64,000 nucleotides of DNA, taken from contig JAZDMS010000010.1 of assembly GCA_043800705.1 (NCBI GenBank), forward strand, positions 32,001 through 96,000. Direction: 5' to 3'. The notes below the pieces were generated by a model. It did no database searches. It had not been told where the DNA came from and worked only from the letters and a program-made list of their open reading frames with translations. A program made the position numbers and the translations under genes. The DNA is from Candidatus Altiarchaeota archaeon (lineage in GTDB: Archaea > Altiarchaeota > Altiarchaeia > IMC4 > SCGC-AAA252-I15). This document shows, one piece after another, positions 57,024-64,000 of this stretch; position 1 is the first letter of the stretch; each line of letters opens with the position of its first letter.

Positions 57024-57851
57024 ATGGTTGCGATGGCTTCTGGGCACGGCGGCGGGGGGCGGCCGGGGAAATCAGGGTTCGAGAGGTTCCTGGGGCCGGT
57101 TCTGCGCCCATGGAGGGCGTTATGCCGGAGGTGGGAGGCATTCCTCGGGCTTCTGCCCGGATGGCTTTCGCCCTGGGTCAGGGATCTGGCCGACGTCGGC
57201 GTGACGGTCCTCGTCGTCATCGCGGTTTTGAAGCTTCTGTTCGGAGCCGACATGCTCGTGCCGCTCGTCGTCGTCACCTCGGAGAGCATGGTCCACGAGA
57301 GCGGCGACATGAGCTGGTCTACGTGGATGACTGACCGGGGCATGTCGCATGCCTTGATATCCGCATTTCCCATGAGCGGCGGATTCAACGTAGGGGACAT
57401 GATCGTCGTCAGGGATCCTGAATCCGGGTTGGGCGACATCATCATATACGAGCGGGACCTGGACCACCTGACCTTTACGAGCAGGGACCCCATCATCCAT
57501 CGGGTAGTGGGTGTCGCGCACGTAAAGGATTACGGCATCTCAGGCGTCGAGGGGACGCTGGACTGCTTCAGCGGTCAGACCCTCCAGCCTTACATCCAGA
57601 CCATCAGGGCCTGCCAGGGGGGGAGGGGATACTGCCCGTATCCGCGCCTGCCCGAAGGCGGCGACTTCAAGCTGTTCATCACCAAAGGCGACCACAACGA
57701 AGGCTCCGACCAGTGCAACAGCAGGCTTAACATCTCATACCCGGTCAACTCCGCCCAGGTCACCGGCCGCGCGTTCATCCGCCTCCCATACCTGGGCTGG
57801 CCGAAGCTGGCGCTTAGCATCATCTTCCGCCTGTTGAGCGGCCAATTATAA
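57024..57851 (+). CDS. Signal peptidase I (S26, Sec11-type)
   Basis: VVTSESM, GDIIIY, PIIHRV, TKGDHN, LPYLGW. Confidence 0.85.
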   Translation: MVAMASGHGGGGRPGKSGFERFLGPVLRPWRALCRRWEAFLGLLPGWLSPWVRDLADVGVTVLVVIAVLKLLFGADMLVPLVVVTSESMVHESGDMSWSTWMTDRGMSHALISAFPMSGGFNVGDMIVVRDPESGLGDIIIYERDLDHLTFTSRDPIIHRVVGVAHVKDYGISGVEGTLDCFSGQTLQPYIQTIRACQGGRGYCPYPRLPEGGDFKLFITKGDHNEGSDQCNSRLNISYPVNSAQVTGRAFIRLPYLGWPKLALSIIFRLLSGQL

Positions 57852-57876
57852 ATAGGGCCCGCCCTAGAATACTCCT

Positions 57877-58494
57877 ATGGCAGTGGAGGCGTTCGTTTTC
57901 CTGCGGTCGATGCTGGCCTATTTCGCGGCCTTGTTCCTGGTGTCTTCCAGCGCATTGGCGGTCCATGAGTTCTCCCACATCTACGCCGCGCAGTACATCA
58001 CGAAGGACTGCATATTCACGGAGACAGTCCTTCGGTTCGACGCGCTTGTCATCCGCCGTTCGGGGATGACGTATTTCACCTGCAGCCACGGCGTGAGCCG
58101 GCTGAATCCGCCTACGTTATCGCTCGTTTGGGACGACATAACAATGCCGACTGTTCGGATCGTTGCTGCCAAGCCGGCGGGTATCCCGCAGATCACGAGC
58201 CCCCTGACGACCGGCTGGTTCACCGCCCTCTTCGGGCCCGCCGCCGAGGTGGCATTCGTCGCGTTCATCACGGATTGGCTCACCCGCGCTTCGAAACGGT
58301 TCAAGGGTGCGTGGGTCTTTTTCCTCCCCCTGCTCGTAATCATATACTGGGGCAGCTGGTCGGATTTCGCCAGGGCGAGCCCATCCGGGTCCTCCGGCCT
58401 GTTCGAGGCGTCATATACTCTGGCGTTCATTGTCATCGGCATGCTCCACATATCCTTCAACTTCGAATGCTACAAGAGGGTAGTAGACCTATGA
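57877..58494 (+). CDS. Membrane protein with HEFSH, possibly M50-like
   Basis: TMs; VHEFSH, FGP, SDF. Confidence 0.55.
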   Translation: MAVEAFVFLRSMLAYFAALFLVSSSALAVHEFSHIYAAQYITKDCIFTETVLRFDALVIRRSGMTYFTCSHGVSRLNPPTLSLVWDDITMPTVRIVAAKPAGIPQITSPLTTGWFTALFGPAAEVAFVAFITDWLTRASKRFKGAWVFFLPLLVIIYWGSWSDFARASPSGSSGLFEASYTLAFIVIGMLHISFNFECYKRVVDL

Positions 58495-59267
58495 TGCCGC
58501 AGGTGCTTCGTCTTCAGGGAGTGTCTAAGGATTTCGGCGACGGCAGGCTGGCGCTGGATCGCGTCGACTGGACGGTGAACGGGGGCGAACACTGGGTCGT
58601 CCTCGGGTTGAACGGCTCGGGGAAGACGACGATACTGCGCATCGCATCCGGCCGCCTCTGGCCCACTTCCGGCGATGTGTCAATCCTCGGCAAAATGCTC
58701 GGCTCCGTCGACCTTCGCAGCCTGCGACGGAGCATCGGCTGGGTGAGTTCGGCCCTCTCGACGAGGATGCCTCCCGGACTGTCCGCGATCGACGTCGTCA
58801 AGTCCGGCCGCTTCGACAGCGTGGGATTGTATGAGGAGACCGGGGAGGGGGAGGAAAATGATGCAAAGCGGCAGATGAGGCTCATGGGCTGCATGTCCGT
58901 TGCTTCGAAGCGGTTCGGGACGCTCTCCCAGGGCGAGGCCCAGAGGGTCCTGATAGCGCGGGCGCTCCTGGCCGCGCCGAGGCTTCTGGTCCTTGACGAG
59001 CCGTGCATCGGCCTGGACATGAAGGCGAGGGAGTCTTTCCTGGAATCGGTCGGAAGGCTAACGGGTTCCGGGCTGACGGTCCTTTTCGTAACCCACCACC
59101 TAGAGGAGATAATTTCCGAGTTCACGCACGTGCTTCTGATGAAGGACGGGCGGGTCATGAAGGCGGGCCCGAAGGGGGAAGTAGTCTCTTCGGAAAATCT
59201 TTCGAATGCCTTCGAGCTGAGCCTCGATCTGGAATGTAGAAGCGGCAGATACTACGTCAGGATTTAG
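58491..59267 (+). CDS. ABC transporter ATP-binding protein (ModF-like)
   Basis: GLNGSGKT, LSQGE, LDEP, VTHH. Confidence 0.9.
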   Translation: MMPQVLRLQGVSKDFGDGRLALDRVDWTVNGGEHWVVLGLNGSGKTTILRIASGRLWPTSGDVSILGKMLGSVDLRSLRRSIGWVSSALSTRMPPGLSAIDVVKSGRFDSVGLYEETGEGEENDAKRQMRLMGCMSVASKRFGTLSQGEAQRVLIARALLAAPRLLVLDEPCIGLDMKARESFLESVGRLTGSGLTVLFVTHHLEEIISEFTHVLLMKDGRVMKAGPKGEVVSSENLSNAFELSLDLECRSGRYYVRI

Positions 59268-61266
59268 GCTCCGCAGGCGGCGCGGCCATGACCCTGGCAA
59301 GGCATGTTACCACTACCATCAGCGCGCCTGCCGCCAGGGCGGCGATAAGTAGGGGGTTCGACAGGGCCGACTCCTGCGCATTTGCCAGTGTCTTCTTCAG
59401 TTCGGCGGCTCTCGGGAGGCTCAAGCTCATGTAAGGCGTCTCAAGGACCAGGGGGTCCTCTATCGTGATCGCGGCCGCCGCTTCGGCGACGTGCTCACTT
59501 TCCTGGTCCAACACGTCGGCGCCTATGATATAGTCGCCGTATGGGGTGTCGTATCCGGCGTAGGCGTCGAATCTGGCGATTCCAACTCCCCCCCCTTGGA
59601 CAAAGACCTCCTTTGTCGAGTCTCCGGCTTCGCTCAGCCCCTGCGGCATGTCGATGATGATCAGGTATTTCCCGGTCCTGTTGGCCGTGATGCTGGCGAC
59701 TATGGCGAAGCTCTCGCCTCTTCCTGCGACATAGGGCGCAACGATGCTCAGGCCGACGGCTGGCTTCGGGCATTTCGGACAGGGACCTCCGCAGTCGACG
59801 TCCGCCTCTTCGTTGTTCCTGATGAGGTCGCCGCAGCCTGCATCGGTCCTTCCAGAAGGGATCGTCATGGTCGTCGTCGCCATCCCCCGGCCTGTGCAGT
59901 CGTGCCTGCCGAAGTTGCCGTTGAGCCTGCTTGAGTCTTTTTCGCCGACCATTCCGTCGCGGTTGTTGTCTGCGCCGGCGCACCAGCCCCCCTCGGGGGA
60001 GCAGTCGTTCGCGCCGAACCATTCCTTCATGATCGCCAGGTCCTTTTCGTCGACTTTGGAGTCGCGGTTGGCGTCGGACCATTCGCACCAGTCATCCGGC
60101 CGAATCGGCATCGTAGCCGTCGTCTGTGTTTTCGCCAGGGTCGTGCTCGTCACCTGCTGAAAGCCCTTAAGCGTTGTCGTCACAGGCGGATGATCCCTCG
60201 CCGTCGAGGTTGTCGTAGATTGGCTTCTCGGCGTTGCGGTCACGTTCAGGGGGTTGCAGTCGAGCCTGCCTTTGTTGTAGTTGACGAGGTCGAGCTCGAT
60301 CCTGTTCACAAAACCGTCGCGGTTGATGTCCGATTCCCTGCACCATTCGTTGAATTTTTCGCAGTCGTCCCTGTTCCAGTTGTCGATGACGGTCTCAAGG
60401 TCCTCGCCGTCGACGTATCCATTCCGGTCAATGTCCGCGCCCCAGCACCACCAATGCCTGGGCAGTGTCGTGGTCGTCGTGGCCATGAGAGTCGTCGTGG
60501 GCGGCGGCCTGCAGTCTGTGCGTTTGTAGTTCTTTATGATACGCGTCTCGTCGTCTTTGTCCACATCCCCGTCATTGTCTATGTCGGCGCCTTTGCAGAA
60601 GCCGTTGCCGCTGTAGCAGTCCGTTCTGCCGAAATATTTTATGAAAATGGTTATGTCCCTTTCGCCTACGGTCCTGTCCCAGTTGATGTCCGCTCCTTGG
60701 CACCATGCCCCCTGGGGCTGTATGATCGTGGTTGTCGTGGTCTCGGGAATCACGGCTATCAAGGTGGTGTTGACAATGGCGGTCTTCAGGTTGACGACGT
60801 TGACGGACGTGGAATACCTGTTGTATCCGGGCTTGGCCAGCGATATCGTGTGTTGTCCTGTCGTGATGTTCCTCATCATATACGGGCTCAGGCCCCTGAA
60901 GAAGCCGTCTATCCTCACATATGCGCCTGGGGGGGAGGAGTCGACGAGAATGTTGCCCATGCTTATAAGCTGCAGCGTCGCGTTGACTATCGTAGTGTGG
61001 TAGGATATCACTTCAGTCTTTTTCTTGTAGACCTCGTAGTAGGGGTGCGATATGACGATCCTATACACGTCTACCGGCGCCCAGTCCCTCCTGTACGGGG
61101 TCTCGCCGACGGCCGAGCCGTTGATCGTGACTTGGGACCCCCGTGGTACTGAGTCGACGATGAGGGTGCCCGGGAACGGAATGGTGGTGGTCGTGGTCGT
61201 GGTCGCCTGCGAGAATCCGATGAGACATGCAAGGGCAAGGGCGGCGTATGCGGTTTTGGCGCTCAT
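59257..61266 (-). CDS. Surface protein: two PEGA domains, three Cys-bracketed dockerin/EF-hand-like modules, C-terminal TM
   Basis: VDS.P.G..V.IDG; WC.GADINxDG.VD..D repeats; Thr-rich linkers. Confidence 0.78.
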   Translation of the reverse strand: MSAKTAYAALALACLIGFSQATTTTTTTIPFPGTLIVDSVPRGSQVTINGSAVGETPYRRDWAPVDVYRIVISHPYYEVYKKKTEVISYHTTIVNATLQLISMGNILVDSSPPGAYVRIDGFFRGLSPYMMRNITTGQHTISLAKPGYNRYSTSVNVVNLKTAIVNTTLIAVIPETTTTTIIQPQGAWCQGADINWDRTVGERDITIFIKYFGRTDCYSGNGFCKGADIDNDGDVDKDDETRIIKNYKRTDCRPPPTTTLMATTTTTLPRHWWCWGADIDRNGYVDGEDLETVIDNWNRDDCEKFNEWCRESDINRDGFVNRIELDLVNYNKGRLDCNPLNVTATPRSQSTTTSTARDHPPVTTTLKGFQQVTSTTLAKTQTTATMPIRPDDWCEWSDANRDSKVDEKDLAIMKEWFGANDCSPEGGWCAGADNNRDGMVGEKDSSRLNGNFGRHDCTGRGMATTTMTIPSGRTDAGCGDLIRNNEEADVDCGGPCPKCPKPAVGLSIVAPYVAGRGESFAIVASITANRTGKYLIIIDMPQGLSEAGDSTKEVFVQGGGVGIARFDAYAGYDTPYGDYIIGADVLDQESEHVAEAAAAITIEDPLVLETPYMSLSLPRAAELKKTLANAQESALSNPLLIAALAAGALMVVVTCLARVMAAPPAEPKS

Positions 61267-61293
61267 CGATGAAACTATTGTCGGATGCGAATA

Positions 61294-62526
61294 TTAAGTT
61301 CGGAAGTCCCCGAGCTTTTTCTGGCCTCCCCTGTAGTATCTGTCCTTTTCGCCTGTGAGGCTCGGGTGGCCGTAGTTCCCTCCCCCGCCTGCGACGTACC
61401 TCATCCTGCCCTGCCTGAAGAGGTTGATGACGGTCCCGACCTCCTTGTCCGCCTTTAGGACCTCGGATATGTCTGCGTCGACAAGGACGTCGATCTCGGT
61501 GCCGAAGCTGGCAACGAGCGCGTCCCACCGGTTCTTCACCCTCTTGCTCGTGATGGTCGCGGTCTTCGTCGCAAGGGCGATGGCCTCCGCAAGGGGGATG
61601 ATGTGCAGGTACGGCGGCCTGTGTTCCGGGTGCCTCGGCGCATCATGGGTCGCGAGCTCGTCTATCCTGTCGGCGACGCCCTTCTTCACGATGCCCCTGC
61701 ATTCGGGGCATCGCCTGTTCATCTTCAGGGCGTCGGCCCATCTGAACTTCAGGAAGCAGCGGCTGCATGCGCTGACGTGGTATTTCCCCTCGAGGGGGTT
61801 GAGTCCCGCGTTCATGGTGAACTTTCTGCCGCCCTCCCTGCAGATAGCCTTGCGGATCTCATCGAATGTCGGCTCCTTCACGAGGATGCGGTTGAATTCG
61901 CGCCCGAGCCTGTGTGGCCAGGGGCTGTGGCAGTCGCTGTTGGACATGTAAGTCAGCCCGGACAGCTCCGCCACCCTGTCTGCGCTGTCGGCGTCGGCGC
62001 TGAGCCCGAGCTCAAGGAACCTGACACGCTTCAGCCTGTCGCCGTAGCATTCCGCGAGTGAACTGAACTCCTTGTACAGCGAGGTCCAGGGCGTGAATGC
62101 GTGCGCCGGGCCGATCAGGCCGCCGACGGATTCGACGCAGTCGACGAGCTCCGGTGCGCCCATGCGGACGTTCGGCCTCCCGTCGGTGTCGATGTTGACT
62201 GACCTCTTCCTCAGCGCGTCGGCCAGCTGATCCGCGGCCTCTAACGACGGCAGGAGGATGACGTGGTGGACGCGCCTTTCGTCCTCGACCTCGGTCTGAA
62301 TGACGAACCTGGTCGGGGAATTCGGGGCCTTGTAGAGTCCTGCCTCGGATTCGGTGAGGCATTCCCTGAGGTGCCTGCGCCATCCGCCGTGCAGCGCGTC
62401 CGCGGTGGCGAGCACGTCGAGGCCTTTGAGCGGGGCCTGGCTTGCAAGGAGCGGTATGCTCATCTCCTCGCTCGTTCCGCCCGAGTATCTTCCGTGTATG
62501 TGGAAGTCGACGTCCAGCTCGATCAT
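61294..62526 (-). CDS. PHP-domain endonuclease Q family protein (TIGR00375-like)
   Basis: DFHIHGRYS, PAHAFTPW, ELGLSAD, NSDCHS, GKYH..CxxC, GGGGNYG. Confidence 0.88.
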   Translation of the reverse strand: MIELDVDFHIHGRYSGGTSEEMSIPLLASQAPLKGLDVLATADALHGGWRRHLRECLTESEAGLYKAPNSPTRFVIQTEVEDERRVHHVILLPSLEAADQLADALRKRSVNIDTDGRPNVRMGAPELVDCVESVGGLIGPAHAFTPWTSLYKEFSSLAECYGDRLKRVRFLELGLSADADSADRVAELSGLTYMSNSDCHSPWPHRLGREFNRILVKEPTFDEIRKAICREGGRKFTMNAGLNPLEGKYHVSACSRCFLKFRWADALKMNRRCPECRGIVKKGVADRIDELATHDAPRHPEHRPPYLHIIPLAEAIALATKTATITSKRVKNRWDALVASFGTEIDVLVDADISEVLKADKEVGTVINLFRQGRMRYVAGGGGNYGHPSLTGEKDRYYRGGQKKLGDFRT

Positions 62527-62562
62527 ATTGTGGGATTACTTGTCGCAGCCGCTAAAATACCT

Positions 62563-64000
62563 CTAGCCTGTCTGGTTCCTCAAGGCCAGCTTGAAGAGGA
62601 CCGACCTGTACTTGCTGTTCTCTATGCAGCTGTGGTGCCAGTCCTCGTTGTCGGTCATGAAAATGAGGCGGGCTGAGAACCTGTCGAACAGTTCCAGGGA
62701 GTAGATGCCTCCGAGGGGATAGATGCCGTCGGTGCTCCTGTCAAAAAGGAGCCTCTTGCCCGTGTCGAACCTCACATTGGAGTAGTCCCTCCCAGTCTGG
62801 GTGTTTATCAGCGCCTGGCGGTCGGAGTCGTATGCGAGCATGCCCTCCTGCATCCCGTCGTATGACAGGCCCTGTGTCGTGACGTAGACCGGCGTTCCGT
62901 TCCTGATCATCGCCTCGATGTCGTCAAGGCTCTTCCTCACCTGTTTCGGGTCGCTTAGGCTCGAGCCGGATGGGTGGCCGATTCCCTTCCGCTTCGCGTA
63001 GTATTCGTAGTGCATCGTCTCATCCATGCCCATGATGACGGCATTCGCCTCAGTGACGTTGCCTATCCTCTTGGAGAAGTCGCACGGGCCGCATGTGACT
63101 CTCCTGTATTCGAGCACCGGGTATATGTTCGAGAACATCCAGCCGACGAGGACCACCATGACGATGGCGACCGGGAGATAGTCGTATTTCAGCCAGAGCT
63201 TCTCCACCGTGACCGCTGCGAGGATGACCGGGGCGGCGAGGGCCGGTATGACGAACCTCGGCGACGTGGATATGAGGTTGCCGAGATACAGGAAGAACAG
63301 AAGGAACCATAGGATGAGGGCCAATGCCTTGATCTTGTCCTCCCTCCATGCGAGGAAGGCCCCCACGAGGGCGAGGACCCAGCCGAGGGGGGTCATGGAT
63401 ACCGTCGCCCACATGAGCGATAGCATCAGCATCGGCGAGAAGAGGCTGAATCCGACGTTGGTCTCCGCGCTCACGGACCTGAACCGGCTGACGAGGTCGA
63501 ATCCCGGCTCGTTGATCATCTTCGGAACGAAGAATACGACGAAGACCGCGAACGAGACTGCGACTATGATCGCCACGTCCCCTACCAGGCCCTCCTTAGG
63601 CCGGTTGAACTTTATCCTGAGCGCCTTGCCCTTCTTCTTAAGCTCGAAGGGGTTGTTCGCGCGGAAGTACAGAAGAAACAAGGCAGGAAGGAAAAGGACG
63701 CTCGTCTGCCTGATAGCCATCGTAAACCCCATCGAGGCTGCGGTGAGGACCTTCAGCCCCAGGCTGTCCCTCTCCCCGGCCAGGATGCCGATGTATCCGG
63801 TGAGCATGATGAAGAACAGCTCCATCCCGTGGCCGTGGCCCCAGGTCGAAAGCGACAGCTGCACCGGCAGGAACGTCATCATCAGAGCGGAGTAGACTCC
63901 GACATGTTCTGAATCGAAGATCTTCCTCGATAGGAGGAATATCATCGGCACACACAGGGCGCCGAATAGGACGCCGGAGAACAGCGTGGACGCCTCCGCG
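62563..64000 (-). CDS. GT-C (family 39/PMT-like) membrane glycosyltransferase, 5' end outside window
   Basis: Many TMs; IRQ and PRF motifs; soluble C-terminal domain. Confidence 0.7.
   Translation of the reverse strand, partial: AEASTLFSGVLFGALCVPMIFLLSRKIFDSEHVGVYSALMMTFLPVQLSLSTWGHGHGMELFFIMLTGYIGILAGERDSLGLKVLTAASMGFTMAIRQTSVLFLPALFLLYFRANNPFELKKKGKALRIKFNRPKEGLVGDVAIIVAVSFAVFVVFFVPKMINEPGFDLVSRFRSVSAETNVGFSLFSPMLMLSLMWATVSMTPLGWVLALVGAFLAWREDKIKALALILWFLLFFLYLGNLISTSPRFVIPALAAPVILAAVTVEKLWLKYDYLPVAIVMVVLVGWMFSNIYPVLEYRRVTCGPCDFSKRIGNVTEANAVIMGMDETMHYEYYAKRKGIGHPSGSSLSDPKQVRKSLDDIEAMIRNGTPVYVTTQGLSYDGMQEGMLAYDSDRQALINTQTGRDYSNVRFDTGKRLLFDRSTDGIYPLGGIYSLELFDRFSARLIFMTDNEDWHHSCIENSKYRSVLFKLALRNQTG

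Noticed and set aside
12543-61152. Long overlapping ORFs in the track (e.g. 5' extensions at 12543, 29087 and 58128; 55449-56909; 60190-61152; 31129-32106)
   Set aside because: Shadow frames of GC-rich genes that overlap well-supported CDSs and lack motifs

Overview
GC-rich archaeal chromosome segment. The archaeal call rests on Rpp30, Rpp21, aIF-2beta, L37e-Lsm, egsA and GGGP synthase; a Ca. Altiarchaeota-like organism is an inference. The window holds housekeeping genes, a complete six-gene Ech-type [NiFe]-hydrogenase operon, a type IV pilus locus with three KaiC/RAD55-like ATPases nearby, tRNA-Val(GAC) with tandem copies of its 3' end, and several surface proteins. The standout region is an AT-rich island at about 38.5-44.4 kb. 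It is an integron-like array of four single-gene cassettes separated by attC-like sites, with no integrase in the window. Each cassette has its own matched 9-bp core pair. Each also has its own 13-bp inverted repeat that tightly brackets a TATA box plus the ORF. Two different IS110/IS1111-family elements sit in or beside the attC-like sites. One carries a readable bridge/seek RNA whose guide loops match the attC target and the element's own circle junction. All calls come from reading the sequence by eye; no searches were run.
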